Shown here: one piece after another, positions 10,235 through 20,512 of the stretch
Numbering within the stretch: the first letter of the stretch is position 1
Layout of the letters: each line of letters starts with the position of its first letter
Assembly (NCBI GenBank): GCA_963753345.1
Contig: CAVWBU010000021.1
Location: 96,001-160,000, forward strand
Source of the DNA: an uncultured Fibrobacterota bacterium
GTDB lineage: Bacteria; Fibrobacterota; Chitinivibrionia; Chitinivibrionales; FEN-1185
Reading direction: 5' to 3'
DNA length: 64,000 nucleotides
Position numbers and translations under genes: made by a program
The notes under the pieces: generated by a model
Database searches by the model: none
The model's input: only the letters and a program-made list of their open reading frames with translations
Told to the model about the DNA's origin: nothing

Positions 10235-11941
10235 ATGGAATATCATCCTTTCTCGAATAACGGCGACGATTCCGCCGAATACCTCGCGCCGGACGAACCG
10301 GAAGGCAGGCTGCTTTCCGACGGCGAGTATGCACAGGCATTGACAGACCGTAACGATGTCTTTGCCATCGCAGGCGGGCACAGGCTGGCTGCAATCGAAG
10401 CGGTGGCATTGGCGGCGGGTGTGTTTTTTGGTCTGTGGCTCCACGCACAGCGGCTGAAAACTGTTGCACCGGATTTTCTCAGCTCAACGCAGAAAGAATG
10501 GACCGCGAGGCTGTTGCGCAGTAGGGAGATACAATTGCCGTCTCAGGCACTTGAGCAGGAAATGCCGGCGAGGGAAACTGCGGAGCTTGCAGCACCTGCT
10601 CTGCGATACGCGGACCGTGAGGCGATGAAGCGCGAGGTCCGACTGCCCAAGCCGGCTGCAATGCGCACTGCCGTAAAAGAATTGAAGTCCTCTTTGTCTA
10701 CAGAGCTCAAATCCGTAAGGGTCTCTGCGGTCGCCCGCCGGGAGCACGACACAGTGCAGGCGCTCCTGGAGAAAACAGTTGCAGAAAACGGGACTGCCAA
10801 TAATCAAGACACCGCACTTCCCGTGGGAGAGATAAGCAAGCTTATTGACCGGGGCAATGCCGTAAAGAAGTACGGCAACCGCGCAGAGGCGTTTAGCGCG
10901 TTCAGGCGGGTCTTGGCACATGATCCGCACAACGCCGCGGCTCTGGCCGGCGTCGGTGATTTATTTCTCTACACCGGCATCCTTGACTCATCGGCCGCGT
11001 TTTACAAGGCGGCAATTGCGGCAAACCCGCGCAATGCGGCCGCGCACAACGGGCTTGGTTCGGCGCTGTATTTCAACTCCACGCTTGTAACCAATCCGAA
11101 TTATGCCCGGCGCATGAACATTGCCGACCCCGAGCGGTACGCAAGAGCGCAGTACGACAGTGCGATTGCCGAATACACCGCCGCGATTTCTCTCGACAGT
11201 TCGCAGGTCCAGGCTCTCACCAACCGCGGCGTGCTTCGGGACATTAATGGCGACCGCCGGGCCGCGATTGAGGACTACACGCTCGCCCTGCGAATCAACC
11301 CGAAATGCGCCGATGCCTACAGCAAGAGGGCGGCCACCCTGAAGGCGCTGGGGAAATACAAGGACGCAATCGCCGATTACACCGCGGCAATCAATCTTGA
11401 CACCAGCTCGTACGAGTTCGACCCGAAAACCCACTTTGCAAATGCATACTTCGGCCGGGGGGTCGTGTTCTACAGGTCCGGCGACCTCGGCAGGGCGATA
11501 CGCGATTTTGACAGCGCTCTTGTGATCTCGCCGGACCATTCCCTTGTTATGATCAACCGGGCCGTCGCCTTGATTGACGAGAAGAAGTACGACGCTGCCG
11601 TTGCGGACCTTACCCGCGCGATTGCCCTGCTTTCGCCTCTTGAGTACGGCGGCGCACAGTATCTTGCCTGTTTACAACGGGGGAACGCGTATAAGGCGCT
11701 CGGTCAGTACGACAAGGCGATCGCCGATTACAATGCCGCTCTCGTGTCGAAGAATCTGGCCGCCCGGGCCTGCTGGAGGATCGCCGAATGTTTCTCACTC
11801 AAGAACGATGCCGATTCCGCCATTGCCTGGCTCAGAAAGTCCGCGGCGGCCGGGTTCAATGATTTTGGCGCCTGGCAAAGAGACAAAGCGCTTTCCCCAC
11901 TCTGGAACGCCAGGGAATTCAAGGAAATTGCCGGACAATAA
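10235..11941 (+). CDS. Membrane-anchored tetratricopeptide repeat protein
   Basis: N-terminal transmembrane segment and many TPR units (AIADYTAAI, AYSKRA, AYFGRG). Confidence 0.85.
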   Translation: MEYHPFSNNGDDSAEYLAPDEPEGRLLSDGEYAQALTDRNDVFAIAGGHRLAAIEAVALAAGVFFGLWLHAQRLKTVAPDFLSSTQKEWTARLLRSREIQLPSQALEQEMPARETAELAAPALRYADREAMKREVRLPKPAAMRTAVKELKSSLSTELKSVRVSAVARREHDTVQALLEKTVAENGTANNQDTALPVGEISKLIDRGNAVKKYGNRAEAFSAFRRVLAHDPHNAAALAGVGDLFLYTGILDSSAAFYKAAIAANPRNAAAHNGLGSALYFNSTLVTNPNYARRMNIADPERYARAQYDSAIAEYTAAISLDSSQVQALTNRGVLRDINGDRRAAIEDYTLALRINPKCADAYSKRAATLKALGKYKDAIADYTAAINLDTSSYEFDPKTHFANAYFGRGVVFYRSGDLGRAIRDFDSALVISPDHSLVMINRAVALIDEKKYDAAVADLTRAIALLSPLEYGGAQYLACLQRGNAYKALGQYDKAIADYNAALVSKNLAARACWRIAECFSLKNDADSAIAWLRKSAAAGFNDFGAWQRDKALSPLWNAREFKEIAGQ

Positions 11942-11988
11942 TTCTGTTGTAATAAGGCCGTTCCCCGCGTAATAGGAGACATCTAAGT

Positions 11989-12424
11989 GGGGGAAGTTTC
12001 CCCCTCGCTCCGGCCCGGCCGCGCAGCTTTACATACCGGTATTTTGGATATGCGCGGCCGGTCCTTCGCTACCCCCTCCTGGGTGCACCCCGAGAAAGTT
12101 GATTTGCGAGAAAGGTGCCTCGGTTGGGGGGCACCCGCGAAAAGCAGTTGAGAAGTTGAAATGAAGAAACGTTGAAAAGTAGGAAGAAGCCCGACCGATT
12201 TCTTGCGAATGCCGATTGGCGCAAGAAGAAGTGATTGACTGAATAGATCTCCTTTGCCGCGCGTTAGGGGCGACTGGAGGTCCCGCCATAGCGGGATGCC
12301 GCCCGGACCCGGCCCTGCGGGCCATAGGGCCGTGGTGGCCCGAGGCCAAAGGCCGAGACCGGAAGGAGAACCGCCCTCGGGAGGGGCCGCAATGCATTGC
12401 GGCCCCTCCCGAGGGAACGCCCAA
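11989..12424 (+). repeat. Bipartite structured intergenic repeat, copy B
   Basis: Same motif order as copy A; ends GGGAACGCCCAA. Confidence 0.9.
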
Positions 12425-12581
12425 TCTTTGTAATTAATCTCACGTTTGAAATATCTAATAAGTTTCGAGAAGCCCACACCGCTGCCAAAATTGTATATTG
12501 GTGCGTACCGGCCTTTCGCCGGTCAGTACAATTCTCGGGGCAGAGGGGGGCAAAAGACCCTTATCCAAGAAGGAATGACGC

Positions 12582-13886
12582 ATGAACAGCTCCGGTCCAT
12601 CACTAGACAAACGCAATCTCTACCGTTTTCCCTGGTCGCTTAACGACAATCCGCAGGGCTGGGTCGAGATAACCGATATCTGCAACCTCAAGTGCCAGGG
12701 ATGCTACCGCCAGCGGCTCGAAGGCCACAAGCCACTTGATGCGATCAAGGAAGAAATTGCATTCCTCAAGAAGTGGCGCAACGTCGACAATATCACCCTT
12801 GCCGGAGGAGAGCCCATCCTCCATCCTCAAATCGTCGACATCGTCGCCCACATCGCGCAACAGAAGCTCAAACCGTTTATGCTCGGCAACGGCGTGGCGC
12901 ACACAAAGCCCATGCTTTCCGAACTGCGAAATGCGGGCCTCGTTGGGGTCGGCCTTCATGTCGACATGCACCAGAACCGTCCCGGATGGGAAGGCAAGAA
13001 CGAACTTGACTTGTGCGCACTCCGCGGGGAGCTTGCCGAGCTTGTCTGGCAGGTGGGCGGCCTCTCGTGCAACTTCAACAGCACCGTGTACCGCGATTCC
13101 ATCCAGTACGTCCCCGATCTCGTCAAGTGGACGATCCGCAACAGCAGGAAGGTGCAGGGATACACCTTCATGACCTATCGCGGCGCGCTTATCGACGGAA
13201 GCAGTGAGTATCTGGTGAAAGGCAGGAAGGTGCGGCTCGACGAGGAATCGCTCGGGTATGCGCTCCAGCAGCAGACCGGGGAGGATTTCTCCATCATGTC
13301 AACCGACGTCTACGCTGCTATCAAGGCGGCGGTGCCGGAATACGCGCCGTGCGTGTATCTGGGCGGCACAAAAAAGCACACGTCGTTCAAATGGCTCGCC
13401 GGCATGACGCTGTGCTGCAACGGCAGGCCGCTCGGGTCGCTCGGCAAAAAAGCGATGGAATTCATCCAGACCATGCATCATCTGCTTTTCGGAACGTATG
13501 TGCTGTACCTCAGGAATAAGAGCACCGGCCGGATTGTTTTGTTGTTGTCGCTTTTCGACAAGGGTATCAGAAACGCCCTGCTGTGCTACCTTCGAAACCC
13601 CCTCAACATCTTCCGGCAGGTGAACTCGGTCGGGATCGCCATCGTCCAGGCGCCCGATGCGCTGGACGGCGATGTTGACATGTGCGAGAGCTGCCCCGAC
13701 ATCACGGTCTTTGAAGGCAGGCTCGTCAATTCGTGCAGGCTCGACGAATACCGCAAGTTCGGCGACGCGCTCGTTCCGTCGCTACGGAAGACCGACGACC
13801 CCGCCCTGTTGATCGCCGAAGTGCAGTCCGGCGTCCGCACGCAGGCTACCGCGGGCGAGCGGCGGGCACCAGCAGGAGCGGCGTAA
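12582..13886 (+). CDS. Radical SAM protein
   Basis: CNLKCQGC (CxxxCxxC), GGEP, and C-terminal CESCPD...SC. Confidence 0.85.
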   Translation: MNSSGPSLDKRNLYRFPWSLNDNPQGWVEITDICNLKCQGCYRQRLEGHKPLDAIKEEIAFLKKWRNVDNITLAGGEPILHPQIVDIVAHIAQQKLKPFMLGNGVAHTKPMLSELRNAGLVGVGLHVDMHQNRPGWEGKNELDLCALRGELAELVWQVGGLSCNFNSTVYRDSIQYVPDLVKWTIRNSRKVQGYTFMTYRGALIDGSSEYLVKGRKVRLDEESLGYALQQQTGEDFSIMSTDVYAAIKAAVPEYAPCVYLGGTKKHTSFKWLAGMTLCCNGRPLGSLGKKAMEFIQTMHHLLFGTYVLYLRNKSTGRIVLLLSLFDKGIRNALLCYLRNPLNIFRQVNSVGIAIVQAPDALDGDVDMCESCPDITVFEGRLVNSCRLDEYRKFGDALVPSLRKTDDPALLIAEVQSGVRTQATAGERRAPAGAA

Positions 13887-14748
13887 CGGTCTGGGCGAAT
13901 ACCCGCGGCGTCACGCTTCCCTCCCACAGGGCCGCAATGCCGGAATTCCCGTGCGTGGCCATTACGATCACCCCAGCGCGCGATTCTTTTGCGTCAAGAG
14001 CGATCATCCGGCCGGGATCGCCGCGAAGCACCGCGGCCTCCGCGGCCGTGCCTTTTTCGCGCAGCGCCGTTGCCGCGCCTTCGATAAACTGTTGTAAACC
14101 GTCGGCCTCGGTATCGAGCATCTCGGCGGTGGCGCCGGGAAGCAGGCGTCCCACCTGAGACCATTTTCCCGCGATGGTGTCCGAAGTCGGAACCACGGCA
14201 ATGAGCCTGACCGCGGCGTCGCAGCATGCGGCGAATTCCCCGGAAAACCCCAGAATGTCCCCGTGCTCCTCCCTTCCGTCAAGTGGAAGCAGAATTGTGT
14301 TGCACGAAAACGGTTGGGCGTTCCCCGATGTCGCGTGAACCGCGAGCACGGGAACGGTGCCCGCCGCGACCACCCGCTGCGCGATGCTGCCCTGCGCGAA
14401 GCGCAGCGCCCCGGCTGCGCCGTGTGCACACATCACGACAAGGTCGGCATGCAGCTCGGTTGCGCCGTGCTCCGCAATGCTTTGTCCCACGCGGCTCACT
14501 TCCTGGTCGTGAACGTGGATGTCGGCGACCCCCGGCGGGAACGAGGCGGCCACCCGCGTTAGATAGTCACGGGCCTGGTTTGCATCGTGTAAATGCGGCT
14601 GTTCGTGCACGGTGCGGGGCCGGCCCTTTTCGATGAGGTGCACGAGCGAGACGCGGCCGCCGCATTTCTGCGCGAGGAACCGCGCGGCGGGAAGCGCGGC
14701 CTCGGCAAGCTCCGATCCGTCAAGTGGGACAAGCAGACGTTTGAACAT
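13846..14748 (-). CDS. Universal stress protein (two USP domains)
   Basis: LLVPLDGSE...DLVVMCAHG...GSIA and ILLPLDG...IVMATHG...GSVT. Confidence 0.9.
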   Translation of the reverse strand: MFKRLLVPLDGSELAEAALPAARFLAQKCGGRVSLVHLIEKGRPRTVHEQPHLHDANQARDYLTRVAASFPPGVADIHVHDQEVSRVGQSIAEHGATELHADLVVMCAHGAAGALRFAQGSIAQRVVAAGTVPVLAVHATSGNAQPFSCNTILLPLDGREEHGDILGFSGEFAACCDAAVRLIAVVPTSDTIAGKWSQVGRLLPGATAEMLDTEADGLQQFIEGAATALREKGTAAEAAVLRGDPGRMIALDAKESRAGVIVMATHGNSGIAALWEGSVTPRVFAQTVTPLLLVPAARPR

Positions 14749-14752
14749 GGCG

Positions 14753-16060
14753 CTATCCCCTTATGGTAAGGACAACGAGATACGCGTTGAGCGCGAGTAC
14801 GGCGGCCGTGATTGCGCTCAACGCCGCGGTGGTCGGCCCGCGGTTGACCAGCGGCCCCATCAACCTCTGGTTTGCGGTGAACAGCAGGAGCGGCACCAAG
14901 GCGAACGGCAGGCCGAAACTGAGCACTACTTGACTGATGACAAGCGTGCGGGTCGGGTCGAACCCTGCCGCGATGACCGCGAGCGACGGCGCCACCGTAA
15001 CGAGCCGCCGCACCCACACCGGTATTTTCCGCCGCACAAACCCCTGCATGATCACCTGGCCCGCGGCCGTGCCCACGGTGGACGACGAAAGCCCGGACGC
15101 GAGCAGGGCCACGGCGAACAGCACGCCCGCCGCTCTTCCCAGCAGGGGCTCGAGCGTTCGGTGCGCGTCCTGAATGGTTGCCACCTGCGCAAGCCCGCGG
15201 CCGTGAAAGGTCGCCGCGGCCATGACGAGCATTGCCATATTGACAAGGCCGGCGATGCTCATGGCCGCGGTGACGTCGATGGTCTCGAACCTGAACAGGC
15301 GGCGCATCCGCTCCTTGCCGGCGGCAACGATGCGTCCCTGGGTGAGCGCGGAGTGCAGGAAGATCGCATGCGGCATCACGGTGGCGCCCAGGATGCCCGC
15401 GGCCAGCAGCACGCTTTCGCGTCCGGAAAGGCGCGGGATCGCCGCGCCCGCAAGGGCTGCGCCGAAATCCGGGACGCCGAGAATCGTTTCGGCGCCGTAG
15501 CAGGCCGCGATTATGCCGACCATGGCCGCAATCACCGCCTCAAACGGCCTGAACCCGAACCGCTCCAGCCCGAGGATGAGGAACGTGGCGATTGCGGTGA
15601 GCCCGCCGCCGGCAAGCAGGGGTATTCCGAAAAGTAAATTGAACCCGATCGCCGCGCCCACAAACTCCGCAAGGTCGGTGGCCATGGCCACCAGCTCCAT
15701 AAGCACCCACATGGAGGCCGCGACCCATCGCGGGAACCGGAGGCCGCACAGCTCGGCGAGGTTATGCCCCGTTGCGATGCCGAGCTTTGCGGAGAGGGTC
15801 TGGATGAGCATTGCCATAAGGCTGCTCGCCAGCACCACCCATAAAAGCATGTATCCGAATTCGGAGCCGGCCTGAATGTTGGTGGCGAAATTTCCCGGGT
15901 CGACATACGCGACGCTCGCGACGAACGCCGGCCCCAGAAACGGGAGTATCCGGCCCATGCCGCGCCTGCCGCGTCCGTCAAGCGCGCGTCCGGCGGCGTC
16001 CACCGTGCCCCGGTCCATGGGGCGGACGGCGCGAGGCGGAGGCCCGGCCGTGGCGGTCAT
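14753..16060 (-). CDS. mntH: Nramp family divalent metal (Mn2+) transporter; start uncertain
   Basis: AYVDPGNFATN and GATVMPHAIFLHS motifs. Confidence 0.92.
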   Translation of the reverse strand: MTATAGPPPRAVRPMDRGTVDAAGRALDGRGRRGMGRILPFLGPAFVASVAYVDPGNFATNIQAGSEFGYMLLWVVLASSLMAMLIQTLSAKLGIATGHNLAELCGLRFPRWVAASMWVLMELVAMATDLAEFVGAAIGFNLLFGIPLLAGGGLTAIATFLILGLERFGFRPFEAVIAAMVGIIAACYGAETILGVPDFGAALAGAAIPRLSGRESVLLAAGILGATVMPHAIFLHSALTQGRIVAAGKERMRRLFRFETIDVTAAMSIAGLVNMAMLVMAAATFHGRGLAQVATIQDAHRTLEPLLGRAAGVLFAVALLASGLSSSTVGTAAGQVIMQGFVRRKIPVWVRRLVTVAPSLAVIAAGFDPTRTLVISQVVLSFGLPFALVPLLLFTANQRLMGPLVNRGPTTAALSAITAAVLALNAYLVVLTIRG

Positions 16061-16091
16061 GCGCTGGTCCTTTCGTGCGGGGAGGGGAGCG

Positions 16092-18263
16092 TCAGGATGC
16101 CTCGCCGTCGACTGCCTGGACAATGGATTGCATCAGCACATCAAGCGAGAACGGTTTCTGGACGTATCCCCTGATGCCCGGCATCCGGAAAATCGCAGCG
16201 GTGTCGCCCACCATGAATCCCGTGGAGAACAGCGCTTTTGCCTGGGGATTTATCTTGCGCAGGGCCGCAAAACAGGCCTTGCCGTCCATCACGGGCATGT
16301 TCATGTCGAGCACAATGCAGTCGACATCGGCGAACGACGTCCGGTACCATTCCACCGCTTCCTGGGGGTCGGTGAACGCGGTGGCGCGATGTCCTTCCGA
16401 AACAAGATACTCCTTTACAAAATCACAAATCATGGATTCGTCGTCCACGATGAGCACATGCAGGGCGCGGCCGGGCGCGGCGGCGTGCGGCGCAGGAGCT
16501 GCGACCGCGGCCGTGGACGCGGCCTGAGGCAGGTAGAAGGTCATGGCCGTTCCTTTGCCTTTACTCGATTCCGCCTCGATGAACCCTCCGTGCCGCTTGA
16601 CCGTTCCGAACACGCTGGCAAGCCCGAGCCCCGTTCCCTTGCCGGGTTCCTTTGTTGTAAAGAACGGCTCGTAGAGGTGTTCCCTTGCCCTGTCGTCCAA
16701 CCCAACGCCGGTGTCGGCGACGGCGACGGCGACGTAACTCCCGGGCGCGGCGGACCGCGACCGCGGGTCCGCGGACTGCTTGTCAAACACGACGCTCCGG
16801 GTGGAAAAGGTGAGCGTTCCGCCGTCGGGCATGGCGTCGCGGGCGTTGATGGCGAGGTTGAGCAGCGCGCTCTGCAGGAGCGCCTGGTCTCCCGAAACGA
16901 CCGGGTTGAGCGCGGTGAGCGCCTTTGCAATGGTGATGCGTTTATCGATGCTGTGCGACAGAAGCGTCGTCACCTCGTCGATGAGCGCGTGCACGTTGAC
17001 CGGTTTCTCCTCGTAGGACCCCTGGCGGGAAAAAGCCAGCAGCTTCCGCACAAGGTCGGTGGCGCGCTCGCTCGCCCTCAGGACCGCCGAAATCTGTTCG
17101 TCGAGCCTTATGCCGAACGCATCCTTTTCCCTGGCGGCATTCTGGGCCTTGATGAGCGTCGCGTAGCCGAAAATGCCCGACATGATGTTGTTGAAATCGT
17201 GCGCCACGCCGCCCGCCAGCAGCCCCACCGATTCCATCTTCTGCGACTGCCGGTACTGCTCCTCGAGGGTCTTCTGCTCCGTTATGTCAACAAGGCACAT
17301 GCGCAGGCCCGCGACCGAGCCCTTCGACCACACGTGGTCGCATTGAAGGAGGGTTCTGAGCGTTTTCCCGTCTTTGCGAACGATCCGATACTCCTGGAGG
17401 GGCAGATGGTCGCCCGAAAGCGTTCGGGAGAATTCATCCCGCGCACGCGGCGTGTCGCCGGGATGAATGAGGTCGAGCACGGTGTGGCCGGGGCCGAGCT
17501 CGCCCTGGCTATACCCGGTGAGTGCGAGGCCGGCCCGGTTGACAAAAGAAATTGAAAGGTCGCTGCCCGTCTCGCAGATCATCACCGGCAGCATGTCGGC
17601 GGTTTCGAAGAAACGGCTTTCACTTGCCTTCTTTTCCGCGTCGGACTTCTCAATGGCTTTGCGGTATCCCCGGTGGAGTACCAGGACAAAGGTGACGGTG
17701 AGAATCGTTGCCATCAAGAAGGAGGCGGCAACGTCTGTCAACCGCTCCGTTTCTGAGGCATACCCGATGATCATGTTCGGGTTTGAATGTTCCAGCGTAA
17801 AGAGAAGGACAACCAGCAAAGCGTAAATGCCGATGAGGATGATGCGGCCCGCGCCACGCGAGAACACCGAGAAGATGAGGGGGGCAACAAGCAGGAAAAA
17901 ATTCGCACCGCCGCTGCTTCCGGCATTGAAAATCCATGCAATAGAAACGAGAATGATAAAACCGATTGCCGCTGGATAAATGAGTAGTGAAAATGATTTT
18001 CCGCGTCTTGCAAATAGCCAGAGTACGGCAAATCCAAGCGCTATTGCAACCGTTACAAATTGGAGAGGGAGATTGAACCCGAGGATGCAATTTTCAGTGA
18101 AGGTCGATACTCCCGCACACGCGCTGAGAAACATGACCGTCGTAAAAAGTCGCTGTTCAAGGGCCCTATTCAGGTTGAGAGGACCGGCAACAAATTGAGA
18201 TGCTTTTTGGAAGATCGTCATGTGATGATTTTTCTTTTCAAACAGAAGGCGCGATCCGCTCAT
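16092..18263 (-). CDS. Membrane PAS-domain hybrid histidine kinase/receiver
   Basis: N-terminal transmembrane helices, PAS domain, GGVAHDFNN H-box, NLAINARDAM, GKGTGLGL, and receiver LIVDDE...LDMNMP...QKPF. Confidence 0.9.
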   Translation of the reverse strand: MSGSRLLFEKKNHHMTIFQKASQFVAGPLNLNRALEQRLFTTVMFLSACAGVSTFTENCILGFNLPLQFVTVAIALGFAVLWLFARRGKSFSLLIYPAAIGFIILVSIAWIFNAGSSGGANFFLLVAPLIFSVFSRGAGRIILIGIYALLVVLLFTLEHSNPNMIIGYASETERLTDVAASFLMATILTVTFVLVLHRGYRKAIEKSDAEKKASESRFFETADMLPVMICETGSDLSISFVNRAGLALTGYSQGELGPGHTVLDLIHPGDTPRARDEFSRTLSGDHLPLQEYRIVRKDGKTLRTLLQCDHVWSKGSVAGLRMCLVDITEQKTLEEQYRQSQKMESVGLLAGGVAHDFNNIMSGIFGYATLIKAQNAAREKDAFGIRLDEQISAVLRASERATDLVRKLLAFSRQGSYEEKPVNVHALIDEVTTLLSHSIDKRITIAKALTALNPVVSGDQALLQSALLNLAINARDAMPDGGTLTFSTRSVVFDKQSADPRSRSAAPGSYVAVAVADTGVGLDDRAREHLYEPFFTTKEPGKGTGLGLASVFGTVKRHGGFIEAESSKGKGTAMTFYLPQAASTAAVAAPAPHAAAPGRALHVLIVDDESMICDFVKEYLVSEGHRATAFTDPQEAVEWYRTSFADVDCIVLDMNMPVMDGKACFAALRKINPQAKALFSTGFMVGDTAAIFRMPGIRGYVQKPFSLDVLMQSIVQAVDGEAS

Positions 18264-18477
18264 TCATATGTCGCGGTGCCGGAGGGCCGGCAGCAATAAG
18301 ATTGTACCTTTGTGAAGGCGCATTTTCAAGCATGGAAGGGACAAAATCAAAGAGAGGAAAGGACTTCACCATTCCAAAAGCGACGGCCGGGCTTTTTCAA
18401 GAATCTTGGGACGGCGCAGTCGCGAATAAATTGGTGGTGAAAGGGCCTGGAAGAAAAGGTATATTTTCTGATCCACC

Positions 18478-19242
18478 ATGCTTCCCGTCGACTTCCATTC
18501 CCACACGCTTTTCTCCAAATGCGGCCTGCACACCATTGTCGAGATGTTGACGGAAGCAAAGGCCCGCGGGCTTGCCGCGCTGGCCGTCACCGACCACGGT
18601 CCCGTGCTCGGCGCCGGACCGCCCACCACGTTCTGGGACAGGCTCGCAAATCCCGTTGAAGGCATCCGCCTGCTCAAGGGGCTTGAAAGCAACATCGCCT
18701 CGGACAACGGCGCCATCGACTTCCCGCAAAAGATGCTCGCTTACGCCGACATCGTGCTTCTGGGGCTGCACCCGCATCTTCCGGCGGGAAAAGCGACCGG
18801 CCATAACACGAGGCTCCTTGTGGCCGCGCTCGAAGCAAACCCGTTCGTTGACATCGTGACGCATCCCGAGGACGTCCAGTACCCGGTGGATTTCGACGTG
18901 CTTGCCGCGTTTGCGTCGGCGCGCGGCATCGCGCTGGAATGCAACAACTCCAAGGTCCTTAACAAACGCGTGTCTCCGGAACGGATGCTCGCATTTCTCG
19001 GCGCATGCAAGCGGGCCGGCTGCCGTGTGGCCGTCAACTCCGATGCGCACGCGCTCAACGAAGTCGGCCTCGACGATTCGGTGCGGCCTCTGCTAAGCCA
19101 AGTGGGAATTCTTTCCCGGCTGATTGTCAATGAAACGGCAGCGTCGGCGTTTGCGTTTATGGAGGAACGGAGAAAGGAAAAAATGGAGTACCTGGCGGGG
19201 AAGGGGAGACCGCAAAAGAGGAATGCAGAAGACAGAATGTAA
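18478..19242 (+). CDS. PHP-domain phosphatase (YcdX-like)
   Basis: DFHSHT, VTDHG, THP, ECNN and NSDAH motifs. Confidence 0.88.
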   Translation: MLPVDFHSHTLFSKCGLHTIVEMLTEAKARGLAALAVTDHGPVLGAGPPTTFWDRLANPVEGIRLLKGLESNIASDNGAIDFPQKMLAYADIVLLGLHPHLPAGKATGHNTRLLVAALEANPFVDIVTHPEDVQYPVDFDVLAAFASARGIALECNNSKVLNKRVSPERMLAFLGACKRAGCRVAVNSDAHALNEVGLDDSVRPLLSQVGILSRLIVNETAASAFAFMEERRKEKMEYLAGKGRPQKRNAEDRM

Positions 19243-19344
19243 AATACAGAATAAGCTCGGTATAACCAAATTCCACCATCTTCAACCCATTCACTCGTCC
19301 ACCCATCATCCGGTTACTTTCAACCTCCAACCTTCCACTTTCAA

Positions 19345-19885
19345 CTAAATAAGGTTATACGATTGTTCAATCGTATGCACCGCTCCTGCGGGCATGAGCA
19401 CGCTCGAGTACAGGTGGAACTCGTTCACCGCCACGTTCTCAGCGGCAAACAGGTTGTTCGCGGAAAGAAAGCCCGTTATTTTCGCAAGCGGCGCCTCGGG
19501 CCGCAGTCTCGCAAGCGTCAGGTGCGGGTGGTATTTCCGTTCCTCAGGCTCAAGCCCGAGCTCCGCCAAAAGTTTCTCGATCGAATCGCGCAGCGCCGCA
19601 AGCGGCTCGCACGGTTCGATGCCCACCCATAGAACGTTCGGCTTTCTTCTCGGCGGGAAATATCCCACGCCCCGAAGCGCGAGCGAAAAACAGGACGCGT
19701 TGACATTGTGCAATATGTCCGCGACGTCGGCAAACAAATGTTCGTCGGCGTCGCCGATGAACCTGAGCGTGAGGTGGAGTTGGTCCTTGGACACCCATTT
19801 CGCCCCGGGCACGCCGAAGCACATGTTGGCGAGGGATTCTCGAACGTCGTCGGGGAAGATCTATGGCTATGAAGAGGCGGTGCAT
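19345..19885 (-). CDS. thpR: RNA 2',3'-cyclic phosphodiesterase (2H family), apparent single-base frameshift in G-run 19852-19855
   Basis: MHRLFIAIDLP joins DDVRESLANMCFG...; two HLTL motifs. Confidence 0.88.
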
Positions 19886-19943
19886 ATTTGATAATATAAA
19901 AGATGCTTGGTGGGGGCACCGCTTTGTAAAGCGAGATAGAAGC

Positions 19944-20408
19944 TGGACGTTGCCTTCGCTGCGCTCAGGCCGGTCTCCTTCCGGGCTCGGCTGTTCGCCT
20001 CGTTGCCGGACCGCCCTATGCCTAACGGCCGGGTCGGCCGGCAATGCGCTCTAGCTCACCCTCCAGTCCACCTAACGCGCGGCATAGGAAATCTATTCAG
20101 TCAATAAACATTTCTTGCGCCAATCGGTATCCAAAACACACTTCTTACCTCCTAAACTTCTCAACCTCTCAACTACTCTTCTTGGGTGTCGCCACAGGAA
20201 GAAAGTTACAAAGTGACAAAGGGACAAAGAAAGAAAATTGCCCGGTACAACTACTCTCCAAGGGTGCCCTCACATGGGTGATTGATTCCTGCAACCAGCC
20301 TCACTTGGGGTGCACCCAGGAGGGGGTAGCGGAGGACTGGCGCGTGATTGAAAGTGAACAACAAATCAAAGGTGCGCCGGGCCGGAGCGAGGGGGAAACT
20401 TCCCCCGC
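19944..20408 (-). repeat. Bipartite structured intergenic repeat, copy C
   Basis: Plus strand reads TGGACGTT...CCTAACGCGCGGCA...CAGTCAA...TCTTGCGCCAATCGG...CCCAGGAGGGGGTAGCGGAGGAC...GAGGGGGAAACTTCCCCCGC. Confidence 0.9.
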
Positions 20409-20512
20409 CAAGTGTATCGTTATATCTATCCACCCATTTGACTCCTCCTCGATTCATACTATATTATTGAATACAAATACCACCCAGGAATTAATAAGGT
20501 AAAGGACTTTAC

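Noticed and set aside
12215-12245. Sigma54 (TGGC..) or sigma70 (TTGACT/TTGACA) promoter within the repeats
   Set aside because: The TGGC box lacks a correctly spaced TTGC, and the TTGAC boxes have no convincing -10 at 16-18 nt.
15876-17555. Long antisense ORFs (15876..17555, 27041..28606, 46491..47894, 33786..34913 and similar)
   Set aside because: Shadow ORFs opposite well-supported genes in GC-rich DNA; no recognisable motifs.
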